DNA of 57,893 nucleotides, filler included, from Dugesia japonica (lineage: Eukaryota), in the NCBI GenBank assembly GCA_001938525.1. It is 4 parts of 4 records of this genome, joined end to end, with 100 filler letters (N's around TTAATTAATTAA, not from the genome) between each part and the next. Parts side by side here need not be neighbours in the genome. Positions count along the whole stretch, not along the records: positions 11,599 to 28,855 come from MQRL01634369.1; 3 more parts are not named here. One strand, given 5' to 3'. The notes beneath the pieces are model-generated. The model worked only from the letters and a program-made list of their open reading frames with translations. It was not told the origin of the DNA and made no database searches. The position numbers and the translations under genes are program-made. This document shows, piece by piece, positions 13,321-24,900 of the stretch; position 1 is the stretch's first letter, and every line of letters starts with the position of its first letter.

Positions 13321-16300
13321 TATAACAAAAATATTAATCAGGAAAGTTTGAAATTGTTCAACTGTGACCCTTTCATCATTGTTATAGCAGTCAACATATG
13401 TTTGATGGTTGATGGTGCTATTTTTTAATTTGACGCCTTTTGCTTTCATTGTTTCTTTCTCAGAAAGCAAGCTGTAACATTTTGGACGTAAGAATATCCA
13501 TTCAAAATACTTCTTCCATTTATTCTCGTCTTTAAACTTATCAATGACAGAATTCAACTTATTACTATAGAGAGGATGCTCTTTACTATAGTTTGAAGTA
13601 TATAATAATTCAACTTTCTTTATAAATCCGGTAAGTCTTTCTAAACTTATATCCACCAAATCTAGAAAAAAGCTGTCAATATCGCCAGCTACAATATTAA
13701 TACTACATTTTTCTTCTTTTCTGTACTTTACAAGCTCGATGTACTGCAGCTGGTACATTCGTAATTTGCTCAAGTCAAGTACAGATTGACCAATGTAGCT
13801 TGGACGATCTAAACATACTAACTCTTTATTCATTAAAACTGCTATCAGGTTTTCTGCAATCTTGATTGATTTCTGGAAGCTGAGTTTAGAGGCATATGTT
13901 ACCAGCTTTTTACTAGTATTGGATAAGCATCCATACAGAATGTTAATATCAATGTATAACAAATCTATGTTTTCACTAGTGGTGACATGATGTTTGTTAA
14001 TAAATGGCAATCCAGCCCTTATTCCACCTTCAAAAAAGGTGTACATATCGTTGTCCATCAACAATTTTATCGGTTTATTCAATGACATCAAGGCTGATGA
14101 CCAGATTATACCCGGTATGCCAAAGAAATTCAATGGCTCCAATTTGTTGTGTGAAATTTATTTGATTCTGAACTGTTGGAAGAAATCNNNNNNNNNNNNN
14201 NNNNNNNNNNNNNNNNAGACCATCATATAATCCAGAAGCGTCCTGCAATTTGTTAATCTCCAAATTTCTAATGCTTTTCATACTTAACATCTAATATTTC
14301 ATCCCATTTCAGTGGCATTTCTGTTGTTTCAACCAGAACTTGCAAACTGGTTGCATAATTATTTGGGAATATTCCCTTTGAAGTAGTTATTTGCCTATCT
14401 TTAAACTCATTTAAAGTTAACGGTGTGTTTTTTAAGGATTTTATGGCTGAATCCAGTGATGAGTTTATAAACTGATATGAATTTATAAACTTTATTGTTA
14501 AAAATTTAGTTTCATGCACTGTTAAGCATAGAAACTTTTCTTTTGTTGTTGGTTTGCATCTCAAGTCCCATTGTGAGAATTTACTTATTCCATATTTCAA
14601 GATATGATGCAAATCATACCCTCTTAAATTATGANNNNNNNNNNNNNNNNNNNNNNNNNNNNNNNNNNNNNNNNNNNNNNNNNNAATTTACTTATTCCAT
14701 ATTTCAAGATATGATGCAAATCATACCCTCTTAAATTATGAAATACAACAGGTAGTTGGCTTTTCACATGTCTGCTCAAATAACATTTAGAGCATGCTGC
14801 ACCCAAATACTGACCGGTAAAATGATCATGATCATGAACTGGTGTTAAATGTTTTCTTGCACAAATAACAAATTGTGGCTACAGAAAATGATTTTTCCTC
14901 TTCTTCATTTATCTTCATGGGCTTATTTCCATTTTTTGTGTAATATGGAGTCACTAAACTATGATTGATTTCTTTGATTTCCTTTAAAAAATCATATATG
15001 CAGTCATCTCCAAAGAACTGCTTATATATTGTTTCATTAGTAAAGTTATTTACTAATAGCATTCCTACTGAAATCGGCATATGTATTTGAAAATGTACAT
15101 TATCTGTGGGAAGAACTAATTCAAAATCAGCATATACTACGAATGGTGATGTCAGACATTTATAAAAATCCTTAAACTCTAAATCTTTCTCTGACGGCAT
15201 GGTATATAGAGTTGTACCGGTTTGGATTTTCTCGCAAATTATCGCATGCTTTTCAAAGGCTAATTTATGCCTAAATTCATTAAAAAAATTTGAACCCCAA
15301 TTTGATCTTATTCTTACACTTTCTCCTTTAGTATTCCAACTTAACAGTCTGTTCAGATCCATTACAGCCGGGTAATGGTACTTGTTGTCATTTTTGTAGC
15401 ATTAANNNNNNNNNNNNNNNNNCCGTTATCTACTCTAGACTTGTGAATGATATCTAAATTGGGATGTTTGTAAACCTCTTCATCATCATCTTCAACATCA
15501 CTTGAATTCCACAAAAGTACATTGATTGAAAGTCCTGGATTTTTTCTTTCGAATTTCCAAATAGCATTTATTATCTAACTTCATTGGCATGTCTGTTTCT
15601 TCAAACTTCAACTCTGACATATATTTTTCATATACAGATGTTCTATTTCTACATTTCCTATCAACTCGATATTTTTTGAGAATAGCTAAAATGCTGTAAA
15701 TAAAGCACTTATTATCTTCATTCTTAATATTAACTAGATTGACTGGCGGTGGTATGTAACTATGGCCAACAGTCTGTTGATATTTTCTATCTTTGTAATT
15801 TTCAGCTTTATTTCTGAAATCCTGCTCAGTATCCAGCTGGAACGGAGCTCACTCTTTATAGCAATTTTTTCATTCAATTGATTTATTTCATAATCAAAAA
15901 TGTTTTCGTTTAAAGGAATAGCTCGATTTGATTTGAAGCAAGCTTTTATCTCGTCATCCCTTATAAATTCAACGTCAATGCCAAATTGAATTTTTACTTC
16001 TTTCAACTCTTCTATTATCTTAAATAGTTGGACGATCAAATTTTCTGGTAGCAAAATTTGATTTGTGTTCAAACTTGATGTATTTATTTTAATTATTTGG
16101 TTGCAACGATATAAATCCTTTTCGATAACTACATCTTCATCAGAAACAACGAGATTTAATACACCACCAACTTGATTATTTTCTTCTGCATAAATGAATT
16201 CTTGTAGTAAAATATTATCATCTTCAACAACAGTATTTTTCGCACTATCAATAAGTTTCTGTTCTTCAGCATCCATACATGCTTGTAAAACTGTATCTTC

Positions 16301-16501
16301 CTCGTCTAACTCGTTTATGATCTCGAAATAATTACAATCAAATTCCAATAGCTGTGGTGGTTGAATGTCGTTATCTGATTCGTTCGAAAATTCCGGTTCA
16401 AACATAACGTCTCTTTCTTCATGAACTTTCATAGCATCCATTGCTGCCGGATCTTCATTATCTGAAACTATATATTCATCAACTGCTTTTTCTTTTTTCA
16501 C
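13285..16501 (-). pseudogene. polB: Protein-primed family B DNA polymerase of Polinton/adintovirus type (frameshifted, internally deleted)
   Basis: Motifs in the expected order: acidic N-terminus with QVGG; VNIKNEDNKCFIYSILA; PFVVYADFE (ExoI); CYLC...DHDHFTGQYLGAACSKC (endonuclease VII-like); FHNLRGYD (ExoII); SKGIFP; FFEGGIRAG; YIDINILYG (motif A); YIGQSVLDLSK; GDIDS (motif C); KFKDE; LRPKCYS; KAKGV. Confidence 0.92.
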
Positions 16502-16680
16502 TTAGCTTGAGGCTCATTTAATATGGTTTTTAGAAATTTTTTCTTATTCTGGGTACATGGTCCTATATGCTCTGCATGCAATATGTAAAAATTTGTAAAT
16601 ATGTTTGTACTTATTGTTCTGCATGTTAGACATATATAATACATTTCCCTAAAAAAACACTGACGATAGTATTTTTCCAT
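16498..16680 (-). pseudogene. Cys/His-containing ORF directly upstream of polB (probably its 5' part or a companion gene)
   Basis: MEKYYRQCFFREMYYICLTCRT...LHAE aligns with MEKYYSKKFSGTKYYTWPTCKT...EHAD at 23608(+), which lies in front of the second polB copy. Confidence 0.6.
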
Positions 16681-18920
16681 AATACTATGTCAGTCTCCAT
16701 TGTGAGCCTCATTTACACAATAATTGGTGTATAATGAGCCTTGTTCTAAAATATACAATAAGTAAATATTTTCCTATCTTATATTATCATAAAATATTAA
16801 GAAAATTTATTTTACATTACTTAAGTAAGATAAAATCTGACTCACTAATTAATTGAATATCCAGAACAAAAAGAGCATCATTAAAGTCGTGATTCTGAAA
16901 TTAAAAAAATTAATTAATTAATTATTATTAATAGTATTTACCATATTTTTTCTTTTCATGTTAAGACTCTCACGTTTCTTGAAATTCTAAATAAAAAATT
17001 AAATAGTTATAAAAAAAATAAACTTACTTTATTCATTGTTATCGAATCTTTAATCTTCTTTAATTTTAAATAGAAATATAAATTTTTTCAGCAAAATGAT
17101 AAAAGGATAGATCTTTTACCATAAAAATCACGTTAACTACTGACCAATAATTTGGTACAGACACAGGCGGAGATTGCAAAGTAAATTGTTTTAAAACTCC
17201 CACATAAGTTGATTATGAAAATGGATCTTGCATGAGCTCTTTTAATCCAACAAAAATCATCGAATAGGAACCTGTTTTCTCTTATAAATTGATCATATAA
17301 ATTATTAATTTAAAAGTTGTTAAATTTCCGTATAAACCACGAATTATATGATATAATGAAATTTTAATTTAAAAATCTTAAAACAATCAACTTTAGATTA
17401 AAAAGGTTAGATATAATTAAAATTCACACCTATAATACTAGAAATATTTATTTTAACTGAATAAATCATTTTATAGTAAGAATATAAATCATTTTGTCTT
17501 AAAATTATTCCAATGAATATTTCGTAAGTTAGCTGCTATGTAAAATGTAAACCTTTTCTGCAGCCAACACTGAAGAGGCGAAGCATTTCGTGATTAGCTA
17601 AGTGGCCTGAGCGGACCATTGCTGCCCACGTATTTTTGATCATATAATAGAAAAAGAAAAGGATTTTAGCCCACATAACTATGTTAAATTTTAACAATTA
17701 AAAATTCTTTATAGATCAACCCACTTCCGCTTTTATAGTTATTTTAGTACTTTGAAGTCTAAAGCACTAAGAGTATTATTGACTTTTTTTATTGATCCAC
17801 CCCAAAAAGTTGAAATCATGAAATTTTATTGTAACCAATTAAAAATTTTATCCCGATCTTTTTTGATTTCTTTTTTTAATTTTAAGAAAACTTTAATGTA
17901 ATATATCATTACACACAAAATTTTACATAGAGTAAGAAAATCTTGGTAAAAAATAAATAAGCCATAAATACAACGAACTAAACCCATATTAATATTTCAA
18001 TTTTCCTTATTTACAATTTTAAATGACTCCAGAACATTAGAATTCTCCCCTTAGCAACGTTATCATTATAATCCACATCATGAACTAGTCATTTTAATGA
18101 TAAATGTCCGTTTCATTCATACGCATTTATACGATCAAATAAATTCAAGTTATTTTGTTCATGAAGTTCTCTCATAGATGGTCAAGTAATCCAAGAAGCT
18201 TATGAATAAATGAAAGGTATTCGCAGACAACCAAATTGTTTAAGTATATGAATATAAGTATACAAAAGATATATTTCATTCTGACTGCGAGAAATAGAAT
18301 ATGATAACTAGAATATACACACGACTAGAATGATGTATTAATGAGCACATAAAATGGAATCATAGAAAACTAAGTGCTCATGAGGGTTAACGACTACAAG
18401 CTGATAAATGATCTTGTACACACGTGCGTTACACAGGGGTAATTTTTCAATTGATAAACAGAAATCTTCTCTGTGGAACATTAATAACTAAATTTTTCCA
18501 ACAGAAATATCAATATTGGAAAATCCCTGTAAGTTATATTAATATCTTAAATTCTCCCAGAAGAACATCAATATCTGAATATTTATAATTTTAAAATTTA
18601 TTAATTGAAAACTTATTATTTTCCTTGTTGAAATTTTATTTATTAATAATTTTTTTAACAATCATTTAATTTATTAATAATAAATTTTATTTATTGATTT
18701 TTTGATTTCAGATTGAAAACCTTTCAATATATTGTACAATTTAAGTAACTAGTATTAATTTTAAATAATAAATTTTCTTTCGTTTTTTATTGTCTTTGTT
18801 TTAAATAATCATTATTATTAACTTTTGATAATAAAATTAACTAAAAATTTCGAATTCAACTAAAATAAAATCTCATACTTATCATTATTATTTTCGATGG
18901 AATAAGCGTTTCGCAGTAAA

Positions 18921-21900
18921 ATGAATGAAATTATAAATGCTGTAGTAACTATTACTACTGACATTAAACAAAGGTCGAATCAATTGCTATTAGCCGAAGC
19001 TGAACGCTTATTTCAGAAGTGGAATAAATCTAAAGAAAAAAATGATTTACATTCATACTTTGAAAAGGATTTATTCAGGTAAGATAAANATTTATAGTTA
19101 TATAGTTAGTAATATTTTTTGGCAAAAACATCGAAAGTTGGTAAATTTTGAGATATCGCAAAAAAAATTTAAATTTTTGTATAATTCATGATTTAAATAA
19201 AAAATGAAAAAAAGATTTACAATAATAATTTATATAAAATGATGAATTAAGTTAGTGTTTGCAAAACAATAGGAAATATGTTTTTTTTTATTTTAAGTTC
19301 AAACTTGTTATATGACAATAAAAATAAATAATTCCGAAAGTTAAAGTTATTTTATAACTTTTGATTGTATTTTCAGTTAAATATCTCCACAAATACTTTT
19401 ATCTTATAAACTGAAGAAAAACATTGATTGTTAATGTAAGCAATTTTGTCCTTCAAACTTGTATTAATTATTATTGGTTATTTATTACAATACACACCTA
19501 TTGTGTTTTGGTTTTGTGGTTTTTATGCTTTTGCGTATCTATATGTAGTAATTTGTTTTTGCTTGGAGATTAAAATAAAATAATAATATAATATGCTATT
19601 ATTTAAAATAAAATGAATAAATATATATTGTTCCTATTTTATGGAAGTTTTATAAAATAATTCAAATAATTCCATATTTATTAATTATATTGCTTTATTG
19701 TTAATTTAACGTATAGAAAATACATAAAATAAAAAATTATTTATTATTCTAGAGCTTGTTATGTCACTGAATTATATGAAAGAAGAGTAAATTGTTTCTT
19801 CAACCTTTTACAATCATTCAATTCTGATGAGAATGTAAAAACTTGTTTTAAATCAGTAAATCAATTATAAATTGAAAATGAGATTTTAATGGTTCAATGA
19901 ATGTAGATTGGAGCAATAACTTGTATTGGTTGCGGTCCTGGTCCAGAAATAGTAGCTTACTTTTGGTATCTACGAAATATATTGGAGTGTCCGAATTTGG
20001 ATATTAAATTTATTGGAATAGATTGCATAAATGCGTGGGAAATTTATATTGATGCATTAAGAGAAAAATTGGATGACAAAACTGAAGTCGAATTTCGAGT
20101 TAGAATTATATATTTTCAGTTAAATATTTATCAGAATACAAAAAATTCTTTAGTAGATTATTGTTAATATTATTACTTTCAAGTTTAAAATCATGAATAA
20201 AAACTAAAACCCTTTGGAATATGAACTTAAACACAGTAGTTGGAAAATTCAAAGAAATTAAAGGGTAAGATATAAGGTATGGCTATTTCTGAGCTATTGG
20301 AATGAAATAGTACAGGATGTAATAAATAATAAATTAATACTTTTACTCTCTCTTAAAACAAATGCAATGGATGAATTCAAAGATTCAATAGCTTCTCCAA
20401 AAGTAACAAAAATAATGCCAAAAGACAACATTACAAATGAATCAAAACTCAAAGGTTCTGGTAGAAAAAGTAAGCATACAAGTATAAACAAACAAATGAA
20501 TGGCTATGTAACTATATTTGAAAAATTATTATCGGAAAAGCTGAACTATGTATTTTTGATCATCCAACTCCTCGACATGCTATTGAATATAGATAATCTG
20601 AAGATGCGTTTCCAATGAATTCAATTTCCAAAAGTAGAAATGATGTAGAGTTTTTTATAAATGAATCACAAACTGATTATCTATATTTGAATGATACACT
20701 ATTGTATGTAAAAGTAATAAATGAATATTTATTTTTTTTATAGAAAATAGGTAATGAAACTTATGTTTAAAAGGCTTTGAGTGAAACTGTTTTGAATTAT
20801 AATGGAGATAGTAAAAAATTTATCTTGCAGTAGTTGGTTTTGTAAATAAAGATGATTAACAAAAGTCAATTAAATTATCAAAGTTATTGTCTCTATGGGG
20901 TTCTTTGCAACAAGATTTCATGTATCAACCAAAATATCTTATTCCTGATGTTAATGTACCCATTTGATTGAAGAGAGCAGCCAATAGAATCGGTTTAGAA
21001 TCTGTAAATGAAGAACCAAAATTTTTATTGCTTGATGCAAAATTAATGGTTAAAAGAGTTCAAGTTGAATCATCAGTACTAACGGATCATCAAATAGAAC
21101 TTGCTAAGCAAAATGCAGTTTATCCAATAAGAACTAAGGAAATTGTAGTTTATGCAATCAATACAGATAATACAACGTTTTATTAGGAGCAAATCTTTGG
21201 AGATCGTCGATTACCAAACTTTTTGTTGGTAATATTTCAAAGCAGAGATTTATTTAATGGACACTTAAAAACATCAAGCTCGAATTTTGATCATTTCAAT
21301 GTCAAATCTATAACTTTATCTAAAAACTAACTGAAAATGGTAATTACAGCACATCATACATGCAATCAGTAGTTAGAAATGTGGGATTTCTAAAAAAAAA
21401 TAAGAATTGTGGAATAACACTTGAGGTGTTTAAAAAAAATATCCATTCTTTGTCTTTGTACTTGCTCCAGATATTGATATTAATCAAAGTCAATTACCAC
21501 AACATAGGAATATGAGCTTGGAAATCAATTTTGGCAATGTTTTTACTACACCAGCATATTTATTAATCTACGGAGTTTTTGAAAATTATATCCAAATTAC
21601 ATCAGACAGAGCAATACTAATGTAAACAATCTCCATATCATAAAAATAGTTGACCAAAATGAAGAAAGTTTTAATTATTACTTTGATATTAGTTTAATAG
21701 TTCAATTTAAATAAATCAAATTGCTACAAAATGGCTTGGATAAGATTTTCTCAGTGTTTATCCATTGGACAAGCTTCCATTTAAAATACGCAATCATCGA
21801 ATATCGGTGAACATTGGTTAGCATTTTACAATAAGCCTGAAAATATACTGGTATTCAATCCATTTTATTATCCACCAATTTTGGTTTTGCAGCTATCAAG

Positions 21901-24900
21901 ATTATTAAAGCCTATTGTATTCAATTTAGTTTGATTTCAAGATCCATTTACAACAAATTGTGGACAGCAATGCTTATTGTGGTTGAAATACCAGTATTTT
22001 TATATGAAATAAATGTTTTTAATCAACAAATTATGTTTTAAATTAATCTGTTGTTATTTACTGGTAATGTAACACCAATGCAGTTCATATGCAACTAACT
22101 TATTACGTTGCGGTATTTTAAATATTAAAATAATTAAAAATATTACGTTACAATATTTTTGAATTCATACACATAGTGATTCATAAAGTATTTATTATGT
22201 GTCAGCATACAACACACATTTGAATAAAAAGTAGTTACTTGTAAAATTATTAAACTTTTTCAATTTACAAATAAACGTGAGTTTTTATCAATAACTTTTA
22301 TTGCTTTTTAATTTTTTATTACATGATAATAATTAACAAAGACAATTACAACATTAATTCAACAATGAAAGCAGTCAGCAATGAAACGATATGAGGAATA
22401 ACAACGTAATGTACTAATATTTTATTTATAAATTTTATAATTATTTATAGAAGATGACTAAAAATGATGAAGTTATATAATTGAATTTTAATGAGAATAT
22501 GAGGATTATGACTAGAAATGACACTACTTTGATGCCTTTGAATTTTGCTAATATGGAGATAATGACTAGAAATAATGCTCAAATATCTTCCTTAGATATT
22601 TTGTGAGATAAACAAACCACGTTATTTTTTATTAATTTTAAATGCTTTGAATTTAATTTTTATGATTTATTTTCTTTTTATTAGTTTTTATGTATCATAT
22701 TTAGTTTTATAGATTTTTTATAAGTTTTTTTATAACTATATTTTTGATAATTGATAATGATATGTAAGTTGAATAATTTTAATAACTTTTGATAATAAAT
22801 GAGTAACTTCTAATAATAATGATATGAATACGTTTGATAATAATAATAATAACAATATTTTAAGATAATATTATAAATAATTTAATAATAACATAAATAA
22901 TAATAATAACTTTAATAATTTTTATGATAATTATAGTAATTATTATTTTTGATAAAAATGATAATAATTTTGATAAGAATCTTATATTCATAAAAAATAT
23001 AATAATAATGATATTTTTCAATATTAACACTTTTGATAAAAATATTTATAGCAACAATTTAAATTCGAAACTTTATTTTCAAACAATTATTTTCTCATAG
23101 CTCTTTTATTTCGATTAGTTGACTATCTGCTACTTAGATTGCTCTATTTTAAATATTACAGTCTTTCATGCTTATACATTATTTTCACCATCATTTGACT
23201 AGAGATTTCATCTATTTGTTACATGTGAAGTTTTGTAACATTTGCCAATTCTTCAACAACATGATCCCTTATTTGTTTTTGAATATTCTAAATAATAAAT
23301 TAGAATAAAAAGATTAATTAAATAAATAACTTACAATTTTAAAACTCTCGTAGAGATAATAAATTGTATTCAAATATGTGATGAAATTATGTAATGATGT
23401 CAGTAAAATTTCGTTGATTCATTTAAAGTTTTCTAAAGATTTATTTTTCTAAACTTACATAATAATTTGATTAAAATTATTAATTTCACAATAATATTTT
23501 GATAATAATGTTAATATTTTTGATAGTACAGTGATTAGACTTATTTTTATTTATATATTATATTTTATTTAACAATATGCTTCCATAAAAGAGAATGCCA
23601 TATGGTTATGGAGAAATATTATTCCAAAAAATTCTCTGGGACAAAGTACTACACATGGCCTACATGTAAAACACTAGATATAGGTACTTATGCATGTTTT
23701 TTTAAGGAGCATGCAGACCTCATTAAGCAATTTGAAACGACTAAAAAATGAGGGATATACTTTCAAAAACTGATATAGGTGCTACACTAACTAAGAGAGT
23801 AAGAAAAGAACCAATATTAATTGATGAACTGCAGGCTATGATAATAAAACCAAAGAAAATTAAACCAAGTCGGTGGATCATTAGATGAGCCCACAATTGA
23901 AATGGATTTGAATAGGTGTTATGAGATACTTAAGTTAAATGTATCTCATCATAATAGAAGGGAAATAGCATTACCATAAGTACTGATAGGGAAATTCATT
24001 TACTCGTACCAGTTCATTTATTCATCATTAGTTGCTGCCGTCAAGTCAATTAAAATCACTCCTGTGACATCAAAAATGTTTAATGATAATAGTATTATAA
24101 AGTCAAAAGGGGTTTTTACATATGATTTCGCCACAAGCTTATATTTCTTAATAGAAACAACATCAATGCCACCGAGATGGAACGAATTGAGTAAACAAGA
24201 ATATGTTAAAGCAGTTGAAATGTGTGAGATTACTAATTTTAAAACCTACTAGATTATATAATGGCTTATCTTAAGATCGGTGACTTTTTGTTGGCTGAGT
24301 TATTTCAACAACTTTTAGCAACGTCTATAGCGCACAATAAGCTGGAACCATTGAATGTTTACGGTATACCAGGCATGTCATGGGCATCTGCATTAATAAC
24401 TTTTAAAGAACTTATAGAATTATTAACGAATAACGACATGTATACATTATTTGAAGGAGGAATCAGAAGAGGGCTCACCTTTGGTAACAAACATTATGTC
24501 GCTAATGATGAAAACCAGGAGCTTCTATACATTGATATCAATAACTTGTATGGGTGAGCTTTAAGTCTAAAGTTGACATATAAAAAATTTGAGTGGATGC
24601 ATCCGGGATTGGATTTGAATTCACTATCTTATGGCTATACTATGGATATTTTTGTTTCGATTCATTTTTTGGGTTTGAATAAATAATTAACAAAAATGTT
24701 TATTTTCTACCAACAATTATTTAAGTAAATTAAGTTCTTTTAATACAGAAAAATTTTATTTTTTTCAAACATAAAAATTAAAATGTATTTTCCATGCGGT
24801 TAACAAGCATTTCCAGTATGTTACTCTTAATATTTTTATTGCCTCATAATATACTTCAAAATATGGAATATGTCGTGTAAATATTGTTTAACATCATAAA

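Noticed and set aside
14578-14741. 57-bp direct repeat inside polB (14578-14634 = 14685-14741)
   Set aside because: Exact copies on either side of a gap indicate unmerged overlapping contig ends. ORFs 14268-14612 and 14624-14806 are really one frame.
17570-17635. GC-richer island with GTGGCCTGAGCGG (tRNA A-box-like) and CTGAAGAG
   Set aside because: No B-box or cloverleaf, and no GAAA to complete a hammerhead.
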